Assembly (NCBI GenBank): GCA_965197585.1
Contig: OZ240215.1
Span: 3,072,001 to 3,136,000, forward strand
DNA from: Dehalococcoidia bacterium
GTDB taxonomy: Bacteria > Chloroflexota > Dehalococcoidia > Plut-88900
Reading direction: 5' to 3'
Length of the DNA: 64,000 bases
Shown here: positions 43,121 through 53,521 of the stretch, one piece after another
Numbering within the stretch: position 1 is the first letter of the stretch
How the letters are laid out: every line of letters begins with the position of its first letter
The notes under the pieces: generated by a model
Told to the model about the DNA's origin: nothing
Seen by the model: only the letters and a program-made list of their open reading frames with translations
Database searches by the model: none
Position numbers and translations under genes: made by a program

Positions 43121-44257
43121 ATGACTGAAAGGCGCGGAGCTTTCATTTATCGGGACTCCATGTCGCGGCACGTGCTGCGGGAGGACCACGTCTTCAAACC
43201 GGTCCGCCTGCGCTATACCTACGAGCTCCTGGAGGAGTGCGGGGCCTTCCAGGTGGAGAACGGTAGACTCGTCGACCCGCGTCACGCCAGTGAGGATGAG
43301 GTGCAGACGTTTCATACCCCCGACTACGTGGCCACGGTCAAGGCCTTCGGGGACGGCCGAATGCTGGTCGACCCGGGCCGCTACAACTTCAGCCAGTACG
43401 GGGACAACCCGACCTATCCGGGAATGTTCGATGCCGGTACGTTGGTGGTCGGGGGCTCCCTGTTGGCGGCCGACATGATTCTGGATGGAGAGGTGGACGC
43501 CGCCTTCAACCCCGGAGGAGGGCTGCACCACGCGGCTGCGGGAAACACATCCGGGTTCTGCGTGTTCAACGACGCTGTTGTCGCCATCAAGCGTATGGTT
43601 GATCAGGGCATGAAAGTGGCCTACGTGGACATCGACGTTCACCACGGGGACGGAGTGCAGACTGCCTTCTACGACACCGACGCTGTGCTGACCATCTCGG
43701 TCCACGAGTCTGGGAGGTTCATATTTCCCGGCACCGGGTACCCCAACGAGACAGGAACCGGGGCCGGGACCGGCTACGCCGTGAACCTGCCCCTCGCCCC
43801 CTACACCGACGATGAAATCTATCTGGACGCCTTCGGGCAGATAGTCCCGCCCCTGGTACGCGCCTTCGATCCGGATGTGCTTGTAACCCAGCTGGGAATC
43901 GACACCTACCACTCGGACATACTGGGACACCTGCTGATCAGCACGCAGGGTTTCACCAAGGCAGTGGAGACTCTGGCCGGTCTCGCCGGACAGCCGGGGC
44001 GGTGGTTGGCCCTCGGGGGAGGGGGGTATGATGTGGAGGCCGTGGCCCGGTGCTGGGCACTAGCCTACGGGGTCATGCTGGGCCGGGAATGGCCGGAGCA
44101 AACACCGGATTCTTACAGAGAGAGATCAGGAATTGAGACACTGAGAGATGCGTCGGGGCCCAGGTTGGAAGAAGGGGACAGGGAGAAGATACGGGAGTTC
44201 GTCCGCCGCAGTGTGGAGGAGGTCAAAAAAGAGGTGTTCGGGTATCATCGGGTCTAA
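43121..44257 (+). CDS. acuC: Acetoin utilization protein AcuC / class I deacetylase
   Basis: GGLHHA, SGFCVFND, DIDVHHGDG, GGGGY. Confidence 0.88.
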   Translation: MTERRGAFIYRDSMSRHVLREDHVFKPVRLRYTYELLEECGAFQVENGRLVDPRHASEDEVQTFHTPDYVATVKAFGDGRMLVDPGRYNFSQYGDNPTYPGMFDAGTLVVGGSLLAADMILDGEVDAAFNPGGGLHHAAAGNTSGFCVFNDAVVAIKRMVDQGMKVAYVDIDVHHGDGVQTAFYDTDAVLTISVHESGRFIFPGTGYPNETGTGAGTGYAVNLPLAPYTDDEIYLDAFGQIVPPLVRAFDPDVLVTQLGIDTYHSDILGHLLISTQGFTKAVETLAGLAGQPGRWLALGGGGYDVEAVARCWALAYGVMLGREWPEQTPDSYRERSGIETLRDASGPRLEEGDREKIREFVRRSVEEVKKEVFGYHRV

Positions 44258-44406
44258 AATTCAGAGCAACATCCTGCCTGCGCATATCTATTCCGGGAGG
44301 CGGATGGGAGGTCTGTACCGTGAGGGTGAAAGTGTTTCGCATCTCTACAGAGTAGTTATACAAAGGTCACATCTGGCCAGAGGGAACTTTTGAAGGAACG
44401 GAATAT

Positions 44407-45330
44407 TTGATGACAGAAGTGAAGTTCGGCCCGCTCTACAGCCGCATACACGAGTTGGTCGGCGTGAAGGAATTTGCCGATACGACGGTGCAGATGGGCT
44501 TCGACTCCATCTGGATCCCCGACACCATGATCACCCGCGAGCACGCCCTGGACTGCTTCCCGACCCTCGGGGCCTTCGTGGAGCATACCCAGGATATTAT
44601 GCTCGGCACGTGCGTGGTGGTCGTGCCGCACAGACATCCCGCTATCCTGGCCAAGGAGGTGGCGACGCTCGACTACCTGTCCGGAGGCCGGATCATCTTT
44701 GGCGTCGGCGCAGGCCCGACTGCCACCCGCGCATTTGAAGCCGCGGGTGTTGACTCCCGCCAGCGGGGAGCCCGCACCGACGAGGCCCTGCAGATTATGG
44801 CTGGCCTCTGGTCGGACGAGTCGTTCAGCCACAAGGGGAGATTCTACGAGTTCGAGGACATGTACATGGAACCAAAGCCCGTGCAGAGACCAGGACCCCC
44901 CATCTGGGTGGGTGGTCACTCGGAAGGGGCGCTTAGACGAACGGGACGCTTTGGGGATGGGTTCATGCCGGCCGTATGCAGCCCTGCGGTGTACCATCGG
45001 GCGATGATGAAGATAGAACGCTACGCGGAAGAGTTCGGCCGGGACCCCGGGTCCGTGACGCGGGCAATGCACCTCTATTTCAGAGTCGCGGAGAGCGAGG
45101 CTGAGGCATCGGCGCTTGCCTCGGAGGACATGAGCAACCGCACCGGACGCTCAATGCAAGTGCTGCCTCATCAGGCGGCCATCGGGACGGTCGACGACTG
45201 CCTGAGGGCCGTGGAGCGGTTCATCTCGTGCGGCATCGAGCACTTCGCATTCAACCCGGTGTGCAAAAGGCCGGATTACATGAGCCAAATCGAGATATTC
45301 GCCACGAAGATAATGCCCCGGTTCAAGTAG
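44407..45330 (+). CDS. LLM class flavin-dependent oxidoreductase
   Basis: PAILAKEVATLDYLSGGR, PKPVQRPGPPIWVGG. Confidence 0.92.
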   Translation: MMTEVKFGPLYSRIHELVGVKEFADTTVQMGFDSIWIPDTMITREHALDCFPTLGAFVEHTQDIMLGTCVVVVPHRHPAILAKEVATLDYLSGGRIIFGVGAGPTATRAFEAAGVDSRQRGARTDEALQIMAGLWSDESFSHKGRFYEFEDMYMEPKPVQRPGPPIWVGGHSEGALRRTGRFGDGFMPAVCSPAVYHRAMMKIERYAEEFGRDPGSVTRAMHLYFRVAESEAEASALASEDMSNRTGRSMQVLPHQAAIGTVDDCLRAVERFISCGIEHFAFNPVCKRPDYMSQIEIFATKIMPRFK

Positions 45331-45359
45331 CCAGGGTGAAAGAGTTACAGGAGACGTAA

Positions 45360-46292
45360 ATGCCCGACCCCAAGTTCGGTGTAATCTACAGCAGACTGCA
45401 TCCCGTGGTCCCGATACCCGGGTTCGCCCATGCCATTGAGGACGCGGGCTATGACTCCCTCTGGGTCACCGAGGGCCTGGTCAACGAGATGCCGGCCCTC
45501 GACATCATGCTGGCTTTGGGCGCATTTGTGCAGCATACGAAGCGGCTGACGGTTGGGACGTGCGTCGTGCTCGCGCCGTTGAGGAACCCGGCCATATTGG
45601 CCAAGGAGACTGCGACCTTGGACTTTCTTTCCGAGGGCCGAGTTGTGCTGGGCGTGGGGGTCGGCGGCTCTTCAAACTCCCGGATGGATGCGTTCTCGGT
45701 GTGCGGCGTCGACCCCCGGGAACGGGGAGCTCGCGCCGACGAGACGCTGGAAATTATGACCAAGCTGTGGTCGGGGAAACCCGTGAGCCATAGCGGAAGA
45801 TTTCATTCGTTCGAAGGGATCGAGATGGGCCCGATTCCCGTGCAGAAGCCGCACCCCCCGCTGTGGGCGGGCGGCGAGGCTGAAGGCGTATTGCGTCGGG
45901 CGGCGAGATGGTGCCAGGGGTTTGTGCCTAGCAACCCGGGTGTGCAGGAATACGTCCGGCTGTGGGACCGTATAGAAGGCTACGCCGACAAGTACGGGAC
46001 TGACACCTCCAGGATAACGAAGGCGGTGCACCTATATTTCGCTATGGGCGAGAGCCGGGAGATCGCTCGGGACACGGTGAGGACAACCCTTGCCAAGCGC
46101 TACGGCTTTGAACCGCACCTGCCCGACCCCCGGGCTATCCTGGTCGGAACGCCCGACGACTGCGTCCAGACCATTGAAGACCACATGAAGGTTGGGGTAA
46201 CCCACTTCGTGCTGAACGCAGCCCGCCCCCTGACAGAAGTCAAAGCAGACTACGAAAAGTTCGCCGAAACGGTGCTGCCTCGGTTCAGATGA
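45360..46292 (+). CDS. LLM class flavin-dependent oxidoreductase
   Basis: PAILAKETATLDFLSEGR, PVQKPHPPLWAGG. Confidence 0.92.
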   Translation: MPDPKFGVIYSRLHPVVPIPGFAHAIEDAGYDSLWVTEGLVNEMPALDIMLALGAFVQHTKRLTVGTCVVLAPLRNPAILAKETATLDFLSEGRVVLGVGVGGSSNSRMDAFSVCGVDPRERGARADETLEIMTKLWSGKPVSHSGRFHSFEGIEMGPIPVQKPHPPLWAGGEAEGVLRRAARWCQGFVPSNPGVQEYVRLWDRIEGYADKYGTDTSRITKAVHLYFAMGESREIARDTVRTTLAKRYGFEPHLPDPRAILVGTPDDCVQTIEDHMKVGVTHFVLNAARPLTEVKADYEKFAETVLPRFR

Positions 46293-46307
46293 GGCTGGGT
46301 CGGGACC

Positions 46308-48779
46308 CTATTTCTCCGTCGTGAGCCAGAGGCGCGTGCCATCGGTCTCTATCTGGATAGCCCCGACCTCCGACGTAATCAGAATACGTTCCGCCGAAAC
46401 ACGCTGAGCTAGCGTGGCGAGGGTCTCGGGGTGGGGATGCCCGTACTGGTTGTCGAGTCCCGCGGAGATCAGGACCAGTTGAGGGTCGACGGCGGCTATG
46501 AACTCGGGTGTGGAGGAAGATCGGCTGCCGTGGTGCGGTGCGATCATCACGTTGCTGGATAGAAGGGCCCCCTGCCTCACGAGATAGCTTTCGGCAAAGG
46601 CCTCGATGTCCCCCGTGAGCAGGAAGCTGACGTCCCCGTACTCCAGTCTGAGCACCACCGAGTTATTGTTGGCATCCGCGCTCGTCCCGGTTAACGGGCG
46701 CGGCGGAGGGTGCAGGACCTGAAGCCCCATGTCCTCCCCGAGCAGCACCCGAGTCCCGACGTGCGCCTCCAGCGGTGAGATTCCTTTCCGCGCCAGTAGT
46801 GCCGTCCAGGAGAGAAAGTCGGCTTCGTTTCCTGCAGTAGTGCAGCCTGCCCCGCATTGGATGACGTGATCGACGTCGTACCTTTCCAGGAGGCCCATCA
46901 GCCCCGAGAGATGGTCAGAGTCGGGGTGGGTGAGGACTACGAGGTCAACCGAACGCTGCCAGTGTGGCAAACGTTGGCCCAGTTCGAGTACCAGGGTATC
47001 CGGGTTCGGGCCGCCGTCTACCAGCACGGTGAGACGGTCGGGGCCCTGGATGAGTATCGACTCACCCTGGCCTACGTCGAGGACGGTAACACTTAGCCTC
47101 TCGGGGGCCTGGACCGCAGCCACGGATAAGACGCCGATAGTAAGGATGACGACAAGGGCGAGGAAGACAGTGCGCTTTCGAAGGAAAAGGGCCGAGAGGC
47201 CTGGTTTGGCGGTGGCGCGCAGTGTCGGGAATTCGGGCAGCTCGGATTGGACCAGGGCGCGAGGACACATCCTCCGCGCCCACCATAGGAATAAGAGTAA
47301 TGTGGCATAGTAGAACAACATGGCATAGAGGGCGGCGGGCCCGACGTCGACCTTCAACCCCGGCACCCAGGCGAACGCCCGGATAACCCCGGTCATCCAC
47401 GAAAGCCACGGCCAGGTTCCCCAAGCCAGGACCTGTCCTGCAGTCTCCGAGAATATACCTGCAACTGCCACTGCGAGAGAGGAGATAAGGACAAAGGGCA
47501 GGACGGGCAGGACAGGGACGGTGGCCGGCAGACCAACGGGCGAAAGGAACTGGAAGTTGAAGCCGATGATGGGGAAGGTGGCGAGGATGACGGCTAGGGA
47601 GATGGCCGAGGCTTCGACTAAGAACTTCACAACGCCTCCAGCCACACCCTCGGGCTCCCAGCATCGGGCCACGAGCCTCAGGCCCCCGGCCCGGAACCAC
47701 GGGCCTAGCAGAAGCAGACCGGCCATAGCCACGAAGCTGAGTTGGAAGGACACCTCTTCGAGCAGGTCGGGATCAACCGTGACCATTAACGCCGCGGCCG
47801 CAGAGAGTGCAGTCATGCCACTTCGCTGGCGGCCCAACAATATGGCCCACAGGTAGAGGCTTGCCATAATAGCCGCTCGGATCACCGGCGGCGAGAAGCC
47901 TGTGAGCACGGCGTAGACCCAGACGAAAAGCAGGGGTATGACGATGTAGATCTGTCCCCTCCTGCCCAGCAGAGCGGCACTTCCTAGACTAACCAACCCC
48001 ACCAGAATGCCCACATGCAGCCCCGATATGGCTATCAGGTGAGTGGTGCCGGTCTTGGCAAAGTCCTCCCTGAGCTCCGAGGGGAGGCCGTCCCGTATGC
48101 CGAGCAGAAGTGCCTGGGCCAGAGAGGCCCTGGGCTCCGGCAGAGACCTACCAAGGGACGCCGCCATCTCCTTCCTTACTCGGTAGACCCACCCGAGGGC
48201 ACGCACACCGCCTCCATCGCTGGCCAACTCGACCTCCGGGTGGAGCATGAGGTAGTGGATCCCCTCGCGGGCGAGACGTTCCCGCCAGTCGAATTCCTCT
48301 AACACAGGTGGTCGTTCGATGCTTCCCTTCAGAACCAGGGTGTCGCCGTAACGGAAGAAGGGAGGGCTTCGCTCTTCGATCATTGGGATGGAGGGTTTGG
48401 CCCTGACCAGCAGCAGACCGGAAGTTTCCACCCAGCCTCCGTCGGCGCGGTAACGTTGTACTGAGAAGCGGAACTGGGTGAGGGCGCCTCGTGACTCCGG
48501 GTAGTCGTCGACGACACCGGAAACCACGATGGCGGAGGAATCAGCGAGGCCCTGGAGTTGCTCGGGAGGCCCGGAGATTGGCACTATCGCGCCCCGGCCT
48601 ATGCCTATAAGCAGCGCAACGAGCAGGAACAAATAGATGATTCTTGGCTGTGTTCTGAGGAGAAGGCCCGCAATCAGGACGAGACCCGCGGATATTAAGA
48701 AAGGCCAGGGCAGCAGGTCAAGCGCCGACCCGGCGAGTATGCCCACAACCAGGGCCCCGCTGATGTAGACGAGGGTCAT
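46308..48779 (-). CDS. comEC: DNA uptake channel ComEC/Rec2
   Basis: HLIAISGLH, SFQLSF, LDVGQG, THPDSDH, PHHGS, YGHPH. Confidence 0.96.
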   Translation of the reverse strand: MTLVYISGALVVGILAGSALDLLPWPFLISAGLVLIAGLLLRTQPRIIYLFLLVALLIGIGRGAIVPISGPPEQLQGLADSSAIVVSGVVDDYPESRGALTQFRFSVQRYRADGGWVETSGLLLVRAKPSIPMIEERSPPFFRYGDTLVLKGSIERPPVLEEFDWRERLAREGIHYLMLHPEVELASDGGGVRALGWVYRVRKEMAASLGRSLPEPRASLAQALLLGIRDGLPSELREDFAKTGTTHLIAISGLHVGILVGLVSLGSAALLGRRGQIYIVIPLLFVWVYAVLTGFSPPVIRAAIMASLYLWAILLGRQRSGMTALSAAAALMVTVDPDLLEEVSFQLSFVAMAGLLLLGPWFRAGGLRLVARCWEPEGVAGGVVKFLVEASAISLAVILATFPIIGFNFQFLSPVGLPATVPVLPVLPFVLISSLAVAVAGIFSETAGQVLAWGTWPWLSWMTGVIRAFAWVPGLKVDVGPAALYAMLFYYATLLLFLWWARRMCPRALVQSELPEFPTLRATAKPGLSALFLRKRTVFLALVVILTIGVLSVAAVQAPERLSVTVLDVGQGESILIQGPDRLTVLVDGGPNPDTLVLELGQRLPHWQRSVDLVVLTHPDSDHLSGLMGLLERYDVDHVIQCGAGCTTAGNEADFLSWTALLARKGISPLEAHVGTRVLLGEDMGLQVLHPPPRPLTGTSADANNNSVVLRLEYGDVSFLLTGDIEAFAESYLVRQGALLSSNVMIAPHHGSRSSSTPEFIAAVDPQLVLISAGLDNQYGHPHPETLATLAQRVSAERILITSEVGAIQIETDGTRLWLTTEK

Positions 48780-48807
48780 GGGCAGCCCGGTTCCGGCATG
48801 CGGAGGC

Positions 48808-49374
48808 TTATTGCACCCTGATCAGGTGCTGGATCGACTCGAACGTCTTCTCCCCAATGCCCGACACCTCAAGGATGTCCTCGATGCGGGTGAAGGGCCC
48901 CTGACTCTCCCGATGGTCGATGATGGCCTCAGCCCTCCCGGGCCCAATTCCCGGCAGGGTCTGGAGTTCCTCTGAAGAGGCGGCGTTCAAGTCGACGAGG
49001 GTGCCAGGGATGTCACCTGGCGGGCTGGTATCTGACGGGGTGTTGCCGGGTACGCGGAGAACGCGAATGTGCTCCTGGTCGGAGATGATGAGTGCGCCAT
49101 TGATGCTGGCCTGGTCGGCGTTTTCGGTGAAGCCGCCCGCGGCCTCTATCGCGTGGAGAAGCCGGTTATGGCCCGGGGGAAGGGTGTGGAGACCGGGATC
49201 GACGACCTCGCCGGTGACATATACAACAATCCCGGAACTGGATCCCGGGGAGGGTAGAACAATCTCTACCGAGCCGGTGTCACGGCATGCAAGCGGCACC
49301 GAAAGAAGAGCTAGGATTAAAGGGATGAGGAGAAGGCGCAGTTTGGCACTCTTTGCGGGGGAAAGTGGCTCCAA
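48808..49374 (-). CDS. comEA: ComEA DNA-binding protein
   Basis: SLBB domain VYVTGEV..AAGG and HhH LPGIGP..SGIGEK. Confidence 0.92.
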   Translation of the reverse strand: MEPLSPAKSAKLRLLLIPLILALLSVPLACRDTGSVEIVLPSPGSSSGIVVYVTGEVVDPGLHTLPPGHNRLLHAIEAAGGFTENADQASINGALIISDQEHIRVLRVPGNTPSDTSPPGDIPGTLVDLNAASSEELQTLPGIGPGRAEAIIDHRESQGPFTRIEDILEVSGIGEKTFESIQHLIRVQ

Positions 49375-49388
49375 TATATGGTTAGGAC

Positions 49389-49402
49389 TTGATATATGTC
49401 AA
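49389..49402. promoter_or_regulatory. CRP/FNR-like palindrome TTGAT-N4-GTCAA
   Basis: ttgatatatgtcaa in the AT-rich comEA/moaA divergent region; includes a minus-strand TTGACA. Confidence 0.4.
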
Positions 49403-49549
49403 ATATGTGTTACACAAGTGCGCTAACTCCATTACCTGAAGACTCCTTGCGGCGTATTGAATTGCTACGTTAGCTGTCCAATTTGTACAGCCTCGTGGGT
49501 CGGGGGTAGAATGGGGATTGGGGAGGGGTGGCATAGCCATTTCCGGCGC

Positions 49550-50590
49550 ATGAGTAGAGAAACTTCCACACAACAGGCAGACGGGATTCTCGACCTCTTC
49601 GGGAGGCCATTGCGAGATCTGCGTATCTCGGTCACCGACAGGTGTAACTTCAGGTGTACCTTCTGCATGCCCGCGGAGATTTTCGGCGAGCGATACCGGT
49701 TCCTCCCGAAAGACGACATCCTCACCTTCGAAGAGATCAGCCGCGTGGCCCGACTCTTCGTCGGCTTGGGTGTCCGCAAGATTCGCCTCACGGGTGGCGA
49801 GCCCCTCCTCCGGGATCAGCTCGAAGTCCTGGTTGCCCAGTTGGCTTCGATAGAAGGATTGGAAGACTTGGCCCTGACCACCAACGGTTTCCTGCTGGCC
49901 AAAAAGGCCCAGCAACTCCGGGACGCGGGCCTGAAACGGGTCACGGTTAGCCTGCACACCCTGGACGACGATATCTTTGGACAGATGAATGGCCGAGGGT
50001 TCGGGACCGGAAGGGTGCTGGAAGGCATCCGTGCCGCCGAGGAAGCGGGCCTCGCGCCCATCAAGGTCAACGTTGTCGTACAGAAGGGGGTCAACGAGCA
50101 CACGATTGTCGACCTCACGAGGCGCGTCAAAGACATGGGCCACATCCTCCGCTTCATCGAGTTCATGGACGTGGGCAACCTGAACCAGTGGCGCTCCGAC
50201 CAGGTGGTGACCGCCCAGGAAATTATCGGGATGATCGACCGGGAGATGTCCCTGGAGCCCGTGGACAAGAGTTACCGGGGCGAGGTGGCGGACCGCTACA
50301 GGTACGCCGACGGCAAGGGCGAGATCGGGGTCATATCCTCGGTGAGCAACCCGTTCTGTGGAGACTGCACCCGGTCCCGCATCTCGGCGGAGGGTAAGGT
50401 GTACACCTGCCTGTTTGCCTCGAAGGGCGACGATTTACGTGGCCCCCTACGGGCCGGAGCTAGTGACGCCGACCTCACGGATATCATTAAAGGTATCTGG
50501 GGCCGTAGAGCGGATCGGTACTCGGAGGATCGGGCCTCGTTGTCCGGGAGCTGGGCCAAAAAGGTGGAGATGTACCACATAGGCGGCTAG
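49550..50590 (+). CDS. moaA: GTP 3',8-cyclase MoaA
   Basis: LRISVTDRCNFRCTFC, FCGDCTRSR, MYHIGG C-terminus; start set at ATG 49550. Confidence 0.96.
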   Translation: MSRETSTQQADGILDLFGRPLRDLRISVTDRCNFRCTFCMPAEIFGERYRFLPKDDILTFEEISRVARLFVGLGVRKIRLTGGEPLLRDQLEVLVAQLASIEGLEDLALTTNGFLLAKKAQQLRDAGLKRVTVSLHTLDDDIFGQMNGRGFGTGRVLEGIRAAEEAGLAPIKVNVVVQKGVNEHTIVDLTRRVKDMGHILRFIEFMDVGNLNQWRSDQVVTAQEIIGMIDREMSLEPVDKSYRGEVADRYRYADGKGEIGVISSVSNPFCGDCTRSRISAEGKVYTCLFASKGDDLRGPLRAGASDADLTDIIKGIWGRRADRYSEDRASLSGSWAKKVEMYHIGG

Positions 50591-50627
50591 CTCGCCTTAT
50601 CTGACTGCCCGAAGGGAGTATTCGAAA

Positions 50628-51104
50628 ATGCCCAACTACTGGATGATCGTTAGCTCGGCGGAGAACTTCGAGATTTCTCGGGAGCTTGGATTCCTTGTGC
50701 AAGGGGTCAAGAGCCGGCACCGGAAGAAGGCGGAGAGGATGGAGCCCGGGGACCGGGTGCTCTACTACCTGACGGGAGTGCAGCAGTTCGGTGGCACGGC
50801 GACCATAACTTCTCCGTACTACGAAGACCACGCCCCCATCTGGAACAGCAAGAAGAAGGGCGAGGAGTACCCCTTCCGGTTCGGCATCAAGCCTGAGCTG
50901 ATCCTCGAGCCGGGAACGTACGTGGACGCTAAGGCCATAGTACCGCACCTGGAATACGTGAAGAGATGGCCTCCGCAGCACTGGCACCTGGCCTTTCAGG
51001 GCAATGTCCACCTGTTCTCCGAAGAGGACTTCTCCTTCATAGAGGGCGAGATCAGCAAACGAATGCCGGAGCGCGAGACCTCAGAGTCCGCGGCACAGGG
51101 ATAG
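50628..51104 (+). CDS. EVE domain protein
   Basis: NYWMIVSSAENF, MEPGDRVLYYLTG, YPFR, LAFQG. Confidence 0.85.
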   Translation: MPNYWMIVSSAENFEISRELGFLVQGVKSRHRKKAERMEPGDRVLYYLTGVQQFGGTATITSPYYEDHAPIWNSKKKGEEYPFRFGIKPELILEPGTYVDAKAIVPHLEYVKRWPPQHWHLAFQGNVHLFSEEDFSFIEGEISKRMPERETSESAAQG

Positions 51105-51107
51105 CTT

Positions 51108-51800
51108 ATGCCCGACTCCGGTCCTCGAGACCTGCCCCTCTTCCCGCTCAACGTGGTGCTATACCCCGGCATGTCCCTGCCGCTCCGAGTATTCGAAGAG
51201 CGATACAAGCAGATGATGAACAGGTGCCTGGAAGGTGACATGACATTCGGGGTAGTGCTGATCAAGTCCGGGAAGGAAGTGGGGGGAGGCGCCGTGCCCT
51301 TTGAGATAGGGACAGTTGCCAGAATCATGGATGTGGTCCCGCAGGGTGGTGGCCGGATGCTCGTGAGCGCAGTCGGAGAAGAGGTATTCCGCATCGTAGA
51401 CATCCAACAGATAACGCCGTACATGGTTGGAAGCATCGAGGTGCTGGAGAGGACGGAGGAGTCGGCGCCCGAGGAGCTGACCACGCGGGTGGTGGGCCAT
51501 TTCAAGACCTACAGGTCGCTGTTGGCCTCGCTGCGAGGCATGGGAGAAGGTACGGTTGACCTGGATGAAGACCCGGAGAGACTGTCCTACACCGTTGCGG
51601 CGGAGCTGATGACCGGGACGCGGGAAAAGCAGGGTCTTCTGGAGACCTCGTCCGCTACAGTGCGGCTGGAGGAAGAGCTAAAGCTCCTTCAGTCCACCAA
51701 CCTGAGCCTGGAGCTCTTCTTGTCGGAGAGAAGGAAGAAAGAGGCTCGAGGCAGCCGCAAGGACGACTCCTCAGAACGCCCCCGATTCTCTCTGAACTGA
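51108..51800 (+). CDS. LON peptidase N-terminal substrate-binding domain protein
   Basis: LPLFPLNVVLYPGMSLPLRVFEERY. Confidence 0.9.
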   Translation: MPDSGPRDLPLFPLNVVLYPGMSLPLRVFEERYKQMMNRCLEGDMTFGVVLIKSGKEVGGGAVPFEIGTVARIMDVVPQGGGRMLVSAVGEEVFRIVDIQQITPYMVGSIEVLERTEESAPEELTTRVVGHFKTYRSLLASLRGMGEGTVDLDEDPERLSYTVAAELMTGTREKQGLLETSSATVRLEEELKLLQSTNLSLELFLSERRKKEARGSRKDDSSERPRFSLN

Positions 51801-51829
51801 CTCACCAACCCGCCAATACTCTTAAATAA

Positions 51830-51863
51830 AAACAGGGGAGTGCGTTAGCGCACTCCCCTGTTT
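51830..51863. terminator. Bidirectional terminator
   Basis: aaacaggggagtgcg-ttag-cgcactcccctgttt perfect 15-bp stem between convergent genes. Confidence 0.9.
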
Positions 51864-51881
51864 CTGTTTTCGTAGGAAAGG

Positions 51882-53027
51882 CTAGTCGGAGGCCAGCACT
51901 AGGGTGCCGGTGGAAGAAAGGGTACCTCCCGTGCCGTTGACCAGGCAGGTCTTGGCGTCCGGCACTTGCCGGTCTCCACATTCACCCCTCAGCTGCCGGG
52001 TTGCTTCCAGGAGCAGGAACATCCCGTACATGCCTGTGTGGCAGTACGAGAGCCCGCCTCCGTTGGTGTTCATTGGGAAATCGCCGCCGGGAGCGGTGCG
52101 CTGGTTGGCGACGAAGTCGGGGCCCTCGCCCCGGCCGCAGAAGCCGAGAGACTCAAGGGTGATGAGGACGGTGTAGGTGAAGGAGTCGTAGATCATGGCA
52201 AGGTCGATGTCGGAGTGAGTGAGGCCCGCCATCGAAAGGGCCCGTGGCCCGGTCTCCCGAGCTATGGTCGAGCAGAGGTCTGCCTGCTGTCCTATGCCGT
52301 CTCCGTGGTCGTGTCCCTCCGCCGAGCCTAAAATCCAGACGGGTTTCTTCTTTGTGCTTTTGGCCGCAGCCGCGGAAGCGATTACCGTAGCGCCGCCGCC
52401 GTCGGTAACCAGGCAACAGTCGAAGAGGTGGAATGGCCATGAAATCCAGCGGGAGTCGTGGTAGTCCTCGAAGGACATCGGGTCCTGTATGAAGGCCTTG
52501 GGGTTGAGCTGCGCCCACTTCCGGGTTGCGACAGCAATCTCTGCTAAGGCGTTCCGTGTCCGCTCCTCACCGAACTCGTTCATGTATCGGGAGCAGGCTG
52601 TAGCATAGCCGTGGGGCGCTATGACGAAGCCGTAGGGGTCCTCGTACTGCGCCCCGGACATGTTGGGGTCGTCTCCTGGATAGGCCCGGGTGCTTCGGCC
52701 CGCCTCTCCGTGGACTATGACGGCCACGTCCATGAGTCCGGAGTTGATGGCGGACAAGGCGTGCTCCACGTGGATGATGAAGGAGGAGCCTCCCACGTTG
52801 GTCCCGTCCGTGTACTTGGGAGTGAAGCCCATGTACTCCGCCATGGAGTAGGGGGATGGTCCTGCGATGAACAGGCCGTCGACGTCCGAGAGTGATAGCC
52901 CTGCGTCGTCGAGAGCGTTGAACGCAGCCTCAGAGCCGAGCTGCATGCGGGACTTGTTGGCGACGCGCCCTATCTCGTCAGACTCGTCCACACCGACGAT
53001 AGCGGCTTTTCGCGAAAGGTCAGCCAT
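51882..53027 (-). CDS. Thiolase-superfamily protein (SCP-x/Ltp2-like)
   Basis: VGGSSF, DCCLVTDGGGA, IYDSFT, NTNGGGLSYCHTG. Confidence 0.9.
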   Translation of the reverse strand: MADLSRKAAIVGVDESDEIGRVANKSRMQLGSEAAFNALDDAGLSLSDVDGLFIAGPSPYSMAEYMGFTPKYTDGTNVGGSSFIIHVEHALSAINSGLMDVAVIVHGEAGRSTRAYPGDDPNMSGAQYEDPYGFVIAPHGYATACSRYMNEFGEERTRNALAEIAVATRKWAQLNPKAFIQDPMSFEDYHDSRWISWPFHLFDCCLVTDGGGATVIASAAAAKSTKKKPVWILGSAEGHDHGDGIGQQADLCSTIARETGPRALSMAGLTHSDIDLAMIYDSFTYTVLITLESLGFCGRGEGPDFVANQRTAPGGDFPMNTNGGGLSYCHTGMYGMFLLLEATRQLRGECGDRQVPDAKTCLVNGTGGTLSSTGTLVLASD

Positions 53028-53072
53028 TAAGGACCTCCTCAGTTGTGCCGGACCGGGCCCCGGAATGTAGGG

Positions 53073-53483
53073 CTAGGCAGGCTTGAACTTGGGCAGCGAG
53101 ATTTCGTCGGTTATGTCGTCGAAGACGATCTCTACGGCCATCCCTATAGAGACGTTCTCGGGAGTCGGGTCGTCGATAACGATGTTTGTAGGGATTCGTA
53201 CGCCGTCTTCAAGCTCCACGAGGGCGGCCACGTAAGGGCACACTTCGCGGAACGGGGGCGGGGACCGATGCACGATTGTGAAGGCGTATATGGAGCCCTT
53301 GCCGCTGCTCTGCGTCCAGGAAACGTCCTTGGTGTGACAGGTGGGGCAGAAGTCCCGGGGGTAGAAGTAGGCCTTGTCACAGGCATTGCACTTGCGGAAC
53401 CACAGCTCGTGGGCCTTGGCCTTCTCCCAGTAGAAGTCGGACTCTGGCTGGGGAACGGGGACGGGAAGGTTGTAGTCTGCCAT
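53073..53483 (-). CDS. Zn-ribbon/OB-fold protein (DUF35/ChsH2 family)
   Basis: CNAC..YPRDFCPTC, SSGKGSIY, LVELEDG; AGGAG RBS. Confidence 0.92.
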   Translation of the reverse strand: MADYNLPVPVPQPESDFYWEKAKAHELWFRKCNACDKAYFYPRDFCPTCHTKDVSWTQSSGKGSIYAFTIVHRSPPPFREVCPYVAALVELEDGVRIPTNIVIDDPTPENVSIGMAVEIVFDDITDEISLPKFKPA

Positions 53484-53521
53484 ATTTATTCTCCTCTTAC
53501 GAAGTAGCTCGCCTGTTCCTG

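Noticed and set aside
44258-44406. Possible riboswitch or sRNA before the LLM pair
   Set aside because: No known aptamer motif or convincing stems by eye.
49420-49549. Moco riboswitch upstream of moaA
   Set aside because: No recognisable conserved motif or multi-stem fold; the ORF extension to 49457 also looks non-coding.
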